Assembly: GCF_018977255.1 (NCBI RefSeq)
Contig: NW_024704742.1
Location: 41,542,001 to 41,606,000, forward strand
Direction of reading: 5' to 3'
DNA: 64,000 bases
DNA from: Callorhinchus milii
Taxonomy: Eukaryota
Made by a program: the position numbers and the translations under genes. Under the pieces are notes generated by a model. It had not been told where the DNA came from. It made no database searches and saw only the letters and a program-made list of their open reading frames with translations. Of this stretch, positions 50,672-63,101 are shown piece by piece (position 1 is the stretch's first letter; each line of letters begins with the position of its first letter).

Positions 50672-51099
50672 ATGATAATAATAATGTTGCTTGCATTTAG
50701 TATAGCACCTTATCGCAACGTCAAGATGTCTCAAAATGCGTCACAAGATATCCTGTAATTTGGATTGATTGTATTTTGTGGGTGAATTGCAGCAGCCGGT
50801 TTGTGCACAACAATGTCCCATAAACATGGAGTGAGTGACCAATTTTATTTGGAGGATTGTTGGCCAGGATACCGGGAGGGAGAAACTCCCTTTTCTTTTC
50901 GAATAGTGACATGGGACCGTTAATGTCCACCTCAACGGGAACAACCTCAGTTTAATGTCTCATCCGATGGACGGCACATCAGCCAATGCAACTCCTCCCC
51001 AAACCGTCTCGGAGTGTCGGCTTAGACTATGCGATTCCATGTTCTGACACAGGGCTTCTGTCTCGGAGGCGAGAGTGCTACCACTGCGCCAGGCGGACA
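50672..51099 (-). mobile_element. Deu-domain SINE, full length
   Basis: Tail, 'ccttttcttttcgaatagtgacatgggaccgttaatgtccacc', 'tttaatgtctcatccgatggacggcac', head 'gagagtgctaccactgcgccaggcggacac'. Confidence 0.9.
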
Positions 51100-52611
51100 C
51101 ACATAGATCATCCCCTTCTAAATCCATATTGATTGATCATTAATTTCTTACTATTAGTGGAATCCCACTTTGTTATAACTTGTAGCATTTACTGCACATG
51201 CACACAGCTGATCGTCTCACTTTCACGTGCCAGCTAGTTCCTACACAAATAAAAATTGCCGTCATCAGGTTACTTCCTGTGCTCTGGTTAGTTGAGATTT
51301 TATAGATCCCAATTACTGCCTTACAACAGAGCTCCACTACATATGAATTATTCTTCATCTTGCCCTTTCATATCGTCACCATTATATTCCTGATGTTAGG
51401 ATATCAGGCCTATAATTTCCTGGGTCAGTTTTATCTTCCCTTTTAAATATAAGTTTGACATTGACCAGCTTCCAGACCTCCAGAAGCTCACAAGTGCTTT
51501 GCCTTCCATAATGGTAGGCAGTGTTCCACAAATGTCCTGATTTTCCTCCCTGGGAGATAAAGCATGGAGTTCATCAGGTTTATTTTGAAAGACAGACTTC
51601 AGGTAGGTCTGATTCAACGTAGCAGTCAAATGTCCTTGCTCCAGCTATAAAAGATTTTCCTGGTGCAGACCCCAGCTGCTGTCTTTTGTCAAAATGTACC
51701 AGTACTGTGCATTTTATGTTAAGTGACTCGGTTTACAATCCATAAATTACTGGCCTTATCTCACCTTTTCAAATGCTAATCTATTAATTGTACCTCTAAC
51801 TGGGTCAGTTGAACACTCATTATTCATTAACTACTGGAGTGCAGCCAGGTTTACTGTCACACTGACTTTGAAATCCTTTAAGCTCTCTTACTGTCTATTT
51901 GTAGTGTCCTAAATAACATTGTTATTACGATTGCAAAACAACCTTGAGGGTTAGAATTCTGAGAGCCAAACGGTGGAAGAAATTGATGTCAGTTTGTTTC
52001 TGTTACACATCAGCTGCATTCAAAAGTTCGGAGAGAGGCGTACATCAATATTTGCCATCTATAATAGGGAGGAGCTACCCTAGACTGAAGCACAGAGCCA
52101 TTCAACTCGAACTATAACAAGCAAAGTATTGGATTGGGCACAGGGTATGTTGTCTTCAGAAACCATTGTAGGCTGGCTAGGTCTTTTATCCTCATGTGTT
52201 GCATACCAGCCTTGTCATTCCCTCGCACAGTAGCTCTGATTGGTACACAATGATTTTAAAAATAGTTCTTGTAGTAGTAATAACTTTATGGAGACTTCAG
52301 ACTGTAGAACATGATTACTTGTTAAAGACATAACAATTTGATAAATTTCATTCATGAAAAGTGTAGATTTATTTTTGATTAATAGGTCTAGAGAACTGGC
52401 ATGCCTAAATTCCACATACGGTATATATCAAAAGGACATTTACCTAGAGAGATTGCAGCAAAGATAATATATTGTTGGCTACATAAAAGTAGAGTAATTA
52501 ATGTCATGATTTTCATTATGCTCAACATGCATAAGTCACTAACAAAACACAGCCAAGTGTATACAGATGAACAGATGTACACATATATATCTATATAAAC
52601 TTGCCACAAAA

Positions 52612-52930
52612 ATCATAGAATCATAGAATTGTACAGCACAAAAAGAGGCCATTCGGCCCATCGAGTTTGTGCCGGCTCTTTGAAAAGAGCAATGTAATGT
52701 CAATCCCACACCCCCAGCCTTTTCCCAATAGCCCTGCACACCCGTCCTCCTCAAATACCGATCCACTGCGTTTTTAAAAGTTGTTATCAAATCGGCCTCC
52801 ACCACCCTTTCAGGTAATGCGTTCCAGATTCGAACAACTTACTGCGTGAAAAAAGTTCTTCTCACCTCCCCTCTGCTTCTTTTAGAAACTATTTTAAATC
52901 TGTGATCTTGAGTCACCGACACACCCACCA
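52612..52930 (-). mobile_element. CR1 3' end, relatively young
   Basis: ORF VEADLITTFKNAVDRYLRRTGVQGYWEKAG; 3' UTR 'tcgatgggccgaatggcctc'; octamer tail (ATTCTATG)x2. Confidence 0.92.
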
Positions 52931-55025
52931 TATTTGTAAATATTTGTAAATCATTACAAATATTTAGAAATTGAGATAATGCCATCCTTGTCCAATCATT
53001 TTAGTCTCACACAATAATGCACTTGGAAATCTCCAGCGGTTCTTGAAAGGTGAAGTTTATTTTTCTTCACAAACAAGTGAGGATGATCTTTTAAGCATTG
53101 CAATCTCTCTACCATAGTCATGGCAATGTGCAAATAGTTTTTCAAGTTGTTGAACTGTGATGCAGGTTATAACTTGCGAGAAGAGGTGGTAATCATGAGC
53201 AGGAGTTATTTGAATCAGTTTTGTTTCTTGGCCAGCTTCAAGTTGCGGCTTGCAAATGTAAAATGTAAATAAATAGAAATGGAAAATTGTATTGCATTGT
53301 AATTAAGAAAGAATTAAGCAGCTCTCGGTCAAGAATGCAATGATGTACACAAAAGCTTCCTCCATGCTGGCTAGAGAACTTGCCTACAGCACCCTGCATG
53401 TTGGACAGAAGGCTGCCCACTGTTGAAGGTGGCCATTGGCTCCTGTTGGAGGAAAGTACATTGTTTTGAGCACTAGCAGACTATTTGCAACTCCTCCATG
53501 TGCAGAAATGGTTACTCAAGCCTGTGAGCAGTGGTAGATCGTCTCTCAAATGCGAACTGCAGAGGAAATTAGGTAAAGAGATGCACTTCACTGCACACAA
53601 GACTGACTTTATGTCTAAAGACAGATAATCATGGCCAAATAATAATGATCATAATAGAAGTGATAATAATTTTTGTTGCATTTGATATTATGTGTTTCAC
53701 ATCGGGAGGGTGTCTCAAGCCTTCACAAGAATTATTGTAAAGGTAGTGAATGTGTTCTCTAAGTTGGAATGGCTGAAGGTTTCAATTAAAGGAACATGTA
53801 CTCAATCCTATCTGCTGTTCAGGTTGTTGCTCCCTTCTATAGTAGCATGTGATAGGTTTACAGCAACATGTAAACTAGCACTGACAAATTCCAAAACAAA
53901 CTAATCGTGATTTGAACCTCAATTATCAATGAGAACCAGTTAAGGTTTTTTATAATGGTAATGTTGGATTTCTTAATGCCACAAAGAGACACCTGTGAAA
54001 TTTCTCTTGGATTTAAACCTGGTTATTTAATTTTCTCTCCAAATTCCATCATTTTAAAACCATTAACTTTAAGATGGAATTTTGGGCACATTTTTCCTAT
54101 GTACATTATTCTTTGTACTACAGAATACTTTCCATTTAGTCTTTTGGAAGGGTCTGACCCACATAAGTGTGCAAGATGTAACAGACCAATTAGACATTTA
54201 AGTACAATACAGAACACTTGGCACTTGGCTGGGTCACATATGCTGTGAATTACCAAAATGCTATAGAAGGCTGGCACTGAAGCTTTCATCTCCTCTTCCC
54301 TGGTGTTACCTGTGTACTTGAAAATCATTTGCTGAAACTAAGGATCACCTGGCAGTTAGTCATTAACATCTGGCTTTCCTGGAAAAAGCAGCCTGTGTAT
54401 GATTGGGGAAAGGGTCAATTTGGACTGCGCTCTCACAGAGTCTCAAAGCCTTGGCTCAGTCATTGACCTGTGTGGAATTTTACTGATTTTACCTTGTGGT
54501 TCAAGGCAGATATCGGGACATAAAGCAAATCCAACCCTTTAAACCTCCTCCGGGCCTCCGCAATCATTGAGTATGTATTGTGATGGTATCGGTTATCCAC
54601 ACATACACGGAACACCATTAGGAATATACTTTTGAGGTCTCTGTTAACCAAATAAACAGTAATGGAAGCCAGGAGATATACCTGAATATTAAGTGACACA
54701 ATTCCTTAATTCCTCATGTTAATTAGAAACATTCCACAACTACCACTGGGTGGAGCATTGCTCCCCAGGTAAGTGAGATCACTTTCTCTTAAATCACCAC
54801 ATGGCCATTTTTTTGAATTGATTTTTTAAATGTAATTTTTATTCATTGGGATGACTTTAACTGTATTGTTTCCTGGGCTTGGCCAGCAAGAGTGGGGCAA
54901 AATCCACACACTTTCCAGCTCAGAAATAACTTAAAAATAGATGATTGTTTAAAAGTAACTTTTGGTTAGGAAAAGAGCATGGATTTTACCTTTATTGGTT
55001 TGATCAAGCTCAGAAAACAAATATT

Positions 55026-55300
55026 AACAACAACAACAACAAAATTACATTTGTATAGCGCCTTTCATGTCGGGAAGATGTCCCAAGGCGCTGGACAGAC
55101 AGAGTTATGGACCCGAGCTGGTGTCGGGGTGGGGGAAGGTGGATGTCGGGGGGGAAGCAGGGAGATCGAAAGCACGGTCGAAGAGGTGGGTCTTGAGATG
55201 GGTCTTGAAGGTAGCGAGGGAGGGGTTGAGACGGAGGGACTGTGGGGTGGAGTTCCAGAGGGGCAGAGTGATGGAAGGCCTGCACGCCAATAGTGGGGTA
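55026..55300 (-). mobile_element. L2 3' end
   Basis: LWNSTPQSLRLNPSLATFKTHLKTHLFDRAF; (CAA)n tail. Confidence 0.9.
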
Positions 55301-55434
55301 TTGAAAGAACAAATTACAAATGACTAAAAATTATATTTAAAAAATCTTTGTTCCCCAAAAAGGAGTGAGCAAACAAAGGTGATTCCACTTACCTGGTCCA
55401 CCTACTGATGATTATAGAATTTATCTTAATCAAT

Positions 55435-55612
55435 AACAGCAATTTAAAAAAAATTATATAGCACTTTTCACGTCAGGAGGATGTCACCAGGACAGTCAAA
55501 GATTTGCACTCCAGCAGGGGGTTGGAGGTGGGATGGGGGTGGAGGGAGAAGATGACTGAAGATGTGTTCAAAGAGGAAAGCCTTGAGTTGGACCTTAAAG
55601 GAAGTGAGGAAG
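55435..55612 (-). mobile_element. L2 3' tail fragment
   Basis: 'tatagcacttttcacgtcaggaggatgtc...tcaaagaggaaagccttgag'. Confidence 0.6.
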
Positions 55613-55769
55613 TAATTAACACACAAAATGCTAAAAAATAGTGTAAATCACTATCCCAATCTTCTTATAATTGTTGTGGACACCATTGTCTGCTAGCATT
55701 GTTTTTGTTCAACTCCCCTTTCTTCCTTGCCAAATGATTTTATTTAACCAGTTTTATCATCTATAAAAC

Positions 55770-55866
55770 TCACAGTCACTACGCTTTACAGTAAATCCTA
55801 CAAAGTGCTTTTACATGTCCTTCCGACATGAAAGGCGCAATATCAAATGCAAGGATTATTATTATT
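55770..55866 (+). mobile_element. SINE tail
   Basis: 'cagtcactacgctttacag...gaaaggcgcaatatcaaatgcaaggattattatt'. Confidence 0.75.
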
Positions 55867-57279
55867 TTTTCAATTCTACAGAATTGTAGCAAATTGATGG
55901 GATTTGTGTGTGCATATACTACATTTTTAATGAAGAAAAAATCTTCAATGAATATCTACCGAGGCTAAAGGACGGAAAATATGCAAAATTCATTATTATA
56001 GTTCTAGTAAGCAAATCCATATTAACACCAGGTCAAACTGTTAAAATAGGAAACCGATACACTTGGGCTACCCTGAAGGAGGAAATCAATGCTGAGACCA
56101 CAATGCTCTAGTCTACTTTCACTTTTTCAAACACTATGTGTTGATAGTTTAACCTTCAGATAACCTTAAACATTCAGAGACATCTTTGTTGTTTAGCCAA
56201 ATTATCATGTTTTGTATTTCTGAGGTACAGTTTTAAATGTGAATGTTCGAACAATAGCATTAGCTTTATGCTTCAGTACATGTCTGTGTTAGATGAAGCC
56301 TCTCTTGAACAACAAAGCAATTTAATGTAATACCATTATTCTGCATAAGAGCAAACCTCCTTTAGCACATCAGCTCACATGCATCTTGAAGGGGAGTGAC
56401 AGTACATTTCTTGTTCAACTTCAGTTCCTACACCACAACTAAATAATTTGGCGTCAGTGTTCAGTGAAAAATAATTAAACTTCACCTAGCATAAGAATAT
56501 CTCAAAGATTAAGTTAATTTCAACAAAAAACTGCTTGTGTGATATAATTACCAATTTTGCAATGTTTAATTAATTTATTTAGATTCCACTTTCCCTGGCG
56601 TATGTGCATGAATGTCTTAAAGAGCAATATATAGTTATCATCACAGGAAAACTACTGTTTATTTGTTCTACGAAGAAAGGTTTGTATACAGGTACAGTCA
56701 TTAATATCCATTTGATTCTGTTTCCTGAACAATTCACACCAGTTAGTAGGAAGTGATTGATCTGTATAATAAATAATTTCCTTTTAAAAGGAGGAACTGC
56801 ACTAAAATTACAGTAATTATTGATATTAATGGAAGACACACTGTATTATTGACCCAGTTCTTAAGTGTCTCAAATTCCACTGTGATCAATTAAAACACAT
56901 GGCAATTTAGATAGACAATAAGAATGAAAAGACATTTTCAGTAAGAGCGTGTTCAGAATTTCAATAATATTACTAAAGGCACTGGTGGTGGTGAGAGAAG
57001 GGGGAGAACAATAATCCCAGTATTGATATTTGAATCAATTTTTATAATTTGTTCACAGTACAATAAAAAGAGCAAAGGAATAAGAAAACGTATGCTATAC
57101 ACTTGCAAAAATTATGACAATTATGGATGGCTCCTAATATGTTTCCATCAAACGTACATTTGTCTTAAATTTTGCAATGAATTTTTAATGCTGTGAAAAA
57201 GCCTAACACTGCTATCTGCTAACACTGTACACATGCTTAGATCTGCTTGACCTTGAGGTGCGTTTCAAACCCACGTCTG

Positions 57280-57865
57280 GTCTATTTCCAAGATCACTTT
57301 CTTCCATCTCTGGAACAAAGCCTGCTTCCACCCTTGCCGCACCTCACTAATAAAACCCTTTTCTATTCTTTTGCGACCTCGAGAAGTGAATTTCCAGCAC
57401 TCTCCATGGCCTCCCTAACTCCACTCTAGTGGCCTCAATTAATGAAGAATTTTGCAGCCTTTGTTCTCCCTTGCACAAAGTTCTTAGGATTCATTACGTT
57501 TATCTGTTAGCTTGCAGCACCTCAGAAGATTGAATTGAAGATCTTTATTCCGGTCTTCAAATCCCACCATGTTTTACCCACCACCATTTCTATTTGAGCC
57601 TGACTAGCAATCCAGCAAGTACCCTACATTTGTTCCAACTTCGGCCAAGTGTTCACTTCCCATTCCCTTTGTTCCACGATCAATGATCTTGCCTTCAGCC
57701 ACCCTATCCTCTGGAACTCCCTTTCAAGATCACTTTGCCTTTTTCCCTGCCTGTAGAATTTTAAAAAATTCGCTTTGACTATACTTTGGTTAACATCTTA
57801 AATGAAGAGCGGTGAGATGTCTCAACAATGAGACCAGGCGGTATATCAAATGCAAGGATTATTAA
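57280..57865 (+). mobile_element. Old L2 3' fragment
   Basis: 'attgaattgaagatctttattccggtcttcaaatcc', 'gccttcagc...ctctggaactccct', tail 'ggcggtatatcaaatgcaagg'. Confidence 0.6.
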
Positions 57866-58364
57866 TTTTATTATTATAATTCTTATTTCTCTGTTTGTTG
57901 TCCATCACTGTCTTTGCCAAGCTAAAATACACTATAATAATTCAAGATTTTGTTGTTGCATATGTAGAACTCCACTCATTGATTCCAAGTGGGAAATATT
58001 AATCTTGCTTCCTGCTTCCCGCTGGTTAGTGTCTGTCCCCAACACTGTTAAGCACCTTAAACCATTCTTTTTTGCGAAGGCTGCTACATTAATGCATGTT
58101 CTTGTTGTTGTTGCTCTGAATTGCTCTACAGCTCAAAGCTAGGTCACATCAGCTCCATCAGTATAAAAAAAAGCTTCAGTGCTGATAACTAATGTACATA
58201 GTAATGTCTGTGGTTAAATATATTAGTGCCTAATAATATTCAGGGTTGATTTGCCAGCTCTGATTAGGTCAAATATTTTTAGACCTGAAAATTGCTAGGT
58301 TCATGATTTTTGTTGAAGTTGTTTTCCACATGATACATGGTGTGCAGATACATGGGTCATTAAA

Positions 58365-58563
58365 GGCAGCAGTGCTGGTAGATAAAGTCATGTAAAAAGG
58401 CAAACCGAGTCTTTGCTTCTTGTGAAAGCCCTTAATTACCCCAAAGTTGGAACATTATGGACACTTTTTGTCACCTCATAACAGGAAAGATATAAAAGCA
58501 ATGGAAGAGGTGCAGCAATGATTCACTAAGATGATTCTGGGGATGAGAGATTTCAGTTATGAA
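58365..58563 (+). mobile_element. CR1 ORF2 fragment
   Basis: Reads LEHYGHFLSPHNRKDIKAMEEVQQ*FTKMILGMRDFSYE. Confidence 0.8.
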
Positions 58564-58789
58564 TTAGCTTTACTTTGATTTTTGCTTTTATTAAAGCCAG
58601 TTAGCCACTAACCGGGAGTCTAACATTGCAATTGACAAGCTAAACGTGTAATACAAAGTTTGGGTTGTTTTTCAGCATGGTCAATCTGTGGTGTGAGGGG
58701 TGGAGGGACACGGAGAATAATTCTGCTTCAGAACATTGAAGGTCTAGTCGATGTGTTAAATATCATAAGGGCACTGCTTTCAGCAACTA

Positions 58790-58950
58790 TACCCCAAATC
58801 TCTGGGACTTTTTGCCTCAATTCCTTCATCTGGCCCCTTCTTTGCCCATCTTCAAATCACACTGGAAACATTCCTCCTCGACCGTGCCTTCAGTCACCTC
58901 CCCTCTCTTTCCAGTTCAGCGTGAAGGCCGCTTTGTAAAAATGGAAGTTG
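58790..58950 (+). mobile_element. L2 3' fragment
   Basis: 'tcttcaaatcacactggaaacattcctcctcgaccgtgccttcagtcacctcc'. Confidence 0.65.
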
Positions 58951-59107
58951 ATATAGTCAATGCATGTGTTAGTTAGCCCCATAAGTGTTCCATTGTGACT
59001 TTCACCCATTGGCATCTGTGCTCCCAGGTCTCAGCTCCTCTGAATATTCTCCATTAGGAATATAATATGTTTTGATTTACATTATAGCACCAAAACTATA
59101 TACAAAA

Positions 59108-59265
59108 TAAAATAATAATGATAAACAATCCTTGCAATTGATAAAGTCTCATATCATACCATTTAAAGAATCTGAAAGTGCTTTCATATGATTTTACTGA
59201 AAAATGCAGTGACTATTTTGTAGGAGAATGTGGCAGCCAATTTGCACACGGTAATGTCCCACAAA
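59108..59265 (-). mobile_element. SINE 3' part
   Basis: 'aatccttgcaattgata...ggcagccaatttgcacacggtaatgtcccacaa'. Confidence 0.7.
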
Positions 59266-61079
59266 AAAATCCATTGTCTTCGAAATAAAGTTGATAGTTT
59301 TAGACTGGCAAATATGCTGATCTGTTTACCCAAACTGTGGTACATATGGCTTCCTTCAGAGGAAATCCCCCTTCTTGAGCTTCCTTATTCTTATTCTCTC
59401 TTTTTCTCTCGCTCTCTTTCACTCTTTCTTTTTCTCCCTCTCCTACCAGGCATTGATAATTAGATATAGGGAAAGAATGGGAGAAGTACAGCAATTAAAA
59501 AAAAAATTATTTAATATAATTTGCCATATGATATTAACACTGATGAAAATTTTCACCAATTAATCTAAGTGGAGAATCGATGAATTCAATGAACGATTAA
59601 AGATCAGATAGATTGCTCAAGTATCTTCACATGAACGGGAGATTTTTTATAATGATTTAGGCAATAATCAGTTATCATCTTCTTGTGGGTATTTAATGAA
59701 TCATTGAAGTACACAATAATTGTATCCACGTTTTAACCTTGGCCATTGTAGATGACGTGAAAGCAGTAGGCCACAATTTAATTGTTATTTGTTGCACCCT
59801 TGCTGGTTTGCGATCAATCCATTTACAGCTTGTTTCTGCTCATACATTACATTAACAATTTCTCTACCATTGTATAAATTTCAATGTCCACGTGAATAAC
59901 AGACAAATGGCTGTTGTAACAGTAGCAGTAGCAGCACCTCCAAATATTCAACTTGGATCTATTTTGTAAACCACTGCTATAGCCTTTGGGAGTCAGTAGA
60001 ACCTCTGCACCAACAGAGATATACGCGGCTTTACCTATAGCCAGAAAAATAGGAAACATAAGTGCTCTTCAAACGAGTCATTAACAAGTGAATTCAAAAA
60101 TATATTTACCTATGTTTGGGTAAAATTTATTATGTTTATGTTTTGAAACAAAAAAGAATGTAAATAGAAAGAAAGGTACTTGGTGTTTGTTTCAGGAAAG
60201 AGAACAATACATTCTCAAACTAATAAGTGAAAAACGTATAGAAAATAACCTGAAGGTTGTCTAGGACATTAAAGCATGAGAGAATGTGCCCAAGAGAGAG
60301 ATGTTCTTAGGTAAAAATGATGCATTTCAATTGCAATTACTGTGCAAATCAATTTGAAACATATAGGAGTCAATTAGCTACATACTGTGAGATGGATTAT
60401 CATATTTCCATAAGAATTTCATGAACAATGCCTGCACTTTGACAAGCCTGACAGAGAATACATCAGTTTTCATGCAAATCAACTACAGTCCTACATGTTT
60501 CTAACTTCAGTCAAACGGCTGCACGTGTTGAAAAGGCAAGAAGCTGAGGAATGCATTTTGTATCAAGTGTGTGGAAATGTCAGGAGGATCGCACACCTGG
60601 GTAAAATTAAACACATGCTGTAATTATGAACAGATCACTAAATTGTTGCCAAAGTCACACAATTCTGTGAGTGAACTGGCCAAGAACGATAACAGTTCAT
60701 ACGCATTAAAGTGTCCAATGGAACAAATCAATTTAGAGGCAGTTACCAAGGAAAGAATGCTTTAATCATAATTCTGCCTTTGATTTAACCCTGGAAAGGA
60801 ATGGAAAATCTGGCCAGTTTTATCACTCTATCCTCTGGTTGATTGCTACTCATTGACCAGTGTTACTGCTCCCATTATAACAGCCCTAATGGAAAACAAA
60901 AGCTGGAGCAGATGTTTAATAATTAATGCTTTACGGCTGTATTGCTAATATTTGAAGACATTCCAGGTTGCTTAGCAGGTTCTTGTTAATGAATTGAGAT
61001 GTTGTTTTTATTGCATTTGTGGGGACAGATCAAGAGATACTAGGTTGACACTGTTCAATATTTAGTTATTCAATGTTTT

Positions 61080-61690
61080 AGAAATTCCATTGGGGTCGAG
61101 AATTACTCTGTTTATGTAGCATTTAAAAGAGTCCAGAATGTAATAATAATAATAATCCTTGCATTTGATATAGCGCCTTAATCAAGCCTTCGAGACGTCT
61201 CAAAGCCCCTCACAGAATATACTGTGAAGAGAATTTATAATTTGTTGGCAAAACGCAGCAGCCAATTGTGCACAGCAGTGTACCAATGTTGTGAATAGAG
61301 TGACCAAATTCTTATTTAAAAACCTTTTTTTTTAAAGGGAATATTACCCCTGGAAAAGCAATCCATCAGTTGACTAACAGCCGGATTCCTATTTACTGCT
61401 AGGTAAACAGAAGTTTGTAGAGTAAGGAAACTTGCCTAAAGTTTTGCCCTGCTCGGGAATCGAACCTGAATCGTCTCGCTTGCGAGGCAAATTCTCTAAC
61501 CAATACGCTACAGGACAATTTGGCAAATTGTTGAATTCAGTCATAACTTGGAAGTCAGAATTTTGTAGTGCTTAAAACAACTTACAGGAAAACGGCTTCA
61601 AAATTATGGCTGTATTTAAGAATATGCCAAATTCTGAATGCTCTGAAATGCTCCATTAATAGAATAAATCTCGACCCGGGTAAAATTTCT
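61080..61690. mobile_element. Palindromic MITE-like relic interrupted by a SINE
   Basis: Ends agaaattccattggggtcgagaatt / aaatctcgacccgggtaaaatttct; same terminal motif as 20453-20725. Confidence 0.5.
61141..61517 (-). mobile_element. tRNA-Ala(CGC)-headed SINE, full length (long variant)
   Basis: Minus strand: gtcctgtagcgtattggttagag..ctcgcaagcgag..ggttcgattcc; 'ggcaagtttccttactctacaaacttctgtttacctagcagtaaatagg'; tail. Confidence 0.9.
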
Positions 61691-61854
61691 TCCTACAAAT
61701 GTTCATTTCAGCCTGAAATAAGACAGTAAAAACAGGAAACATAAGTGCTCTTCAAAGAAACCATTAACAAGTGAATTCAAAAATCCAAGTTAGTGTTTTG
61801 TGGTTCTCCTTACACAAGATTCTGCTTCTTACATAAAACACTTTAGAATATACC

Positions 61855-62090
61855 GAGGCAGTAGATCAAGAGGATATAGGTTAAGAGTTGTAAAGGGCAA
61901 TTTTTCAGACAGATGTCCTGAAGTTTTTTTTAACCCAGAGAGTGATTAATGACTGGAACAAGTTGAGGCCAGGACACTGGACTCACCTGAAGAACAGCTT
62001 GATGCAATGATAGGAGAGCAGTAGAGTGGGTGTTCTGGAGGGAAGGTTCAAGTGGCCTTCTTCATCCAATCCAAACTTGTGACCTTAATT
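61855..62090 (+). mobile_element. Old CR1 3' end
   Basis: 'tttaacccagagagtgattaatgactggaacaagtt', 'aagaacagcttgatgc', 'aagtggccttcttcatc'. Confidence 0.7.
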
Positions 62091-62309
62091 CTTCCCTACA
62101 CATTGGCAAGTGATTGAATTATGTAGATTGGAAGGTTTAGTTCATGAGCATAAAACTTTGGACTGTGCCTCAGCTGAGGAATGTTTCCAAATTTCTCTGC
62201 TGAACGCTTGAACAGCTCTTGATTTTTGATTACTATGTCAAGCTGTGTTTTGTTAGTGCCCACAGTGAGCCAGCCTAAAATACGGGTAGCTGATAGTTTT
62301 GGACAACAA

Positions 62310-63101
62310 ATAATATCATATAAATAAGATATCATCCTTGCATTCTCTACAGAAAAACTATTTCCTCTGGTGGGGCAATCCAGAACAAGGGAGCATAATC
62401 TTAAAATTAGAGCTAGGCCATGTAGGAATGAAATCATGAGCATTTTTTCACACAAAGGGTAGTGGAAACCTGGAACTCCCCCCCAAAAGGCTGTGGATGC
62501 TGGATCCATTCACATCTTCAAGGGTGAGGTGGATAGATTTTTGTTAGTTAAGAGTATCAAAGGATATGGAGCAAGGGCTGGTAACTGCAGTTGAGGTACA
62601 GATCAGCCATGGTCTAATAGAATGGCAGAACAGACTTGAGGGGCTGAATGGCCTATTCCTGTTCCTATGCATTTGCTACGGCTCCTTTCACATTGGGAGG
62701 ACATCTCAAAGCACTTCACAAGATTTACTCTAAAGTGTCGTAATGGTGTGTTTTTATGGATGAACGCAGCAGCCAAAGTTGCTCACAGCAAAATTTCATT
62801 TTATGGCTGTGAGCCATAAAGTGATTGATTAATTTTCTTGGGGATTGCCATGACATGTGGTGGATAATGCCACGGGATAATTTTCGAATAATGTCACAGG
62901 ATCTTTAATGTCCACCTGGACAGTCAGACAGGACCTAGGTTTAATGTCTCATCTGAAGAACAGCATCTCCAATACTGCAATTCTCCCCCAGTACGACATT
63001 GGAGTGTCATTTTGACTAGGTGAGTTCACGTCCCGATGTGGGGCTTGAACCCACAACGTTCTGGCTAACAGGTGAGTGTTACCAAATGAGCCAGGCTGAC
63101 A
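62310..63101 (-). mobile_element. Deu-domain SINE, full length, split by the CR1
   Basis: 'atcatccttgcatt' (62331-62344) continues as 'tgcatttgctacggctcctttcac' (62668); core and head 'aatgagccaggctgaca'. Confidence 0.85.
62345..62667 (+). mobile_element. CR1 3' end nested in a Deu-SINE
   Basis: 'tccagaacaagggagcataatcttaaaattagagctaggcc', 'cacaaagggtagtggaaacctggaac', 'gaggggctgaatggcctattcctgttcctatg'. Confidence 0.9.

Noticed and set aside
54727..54768. 42-nt plus-strand exon ending CAG|gtaagt
   Set aside because: Poor acceptor, unrecognised peptide, no partner exons identified.
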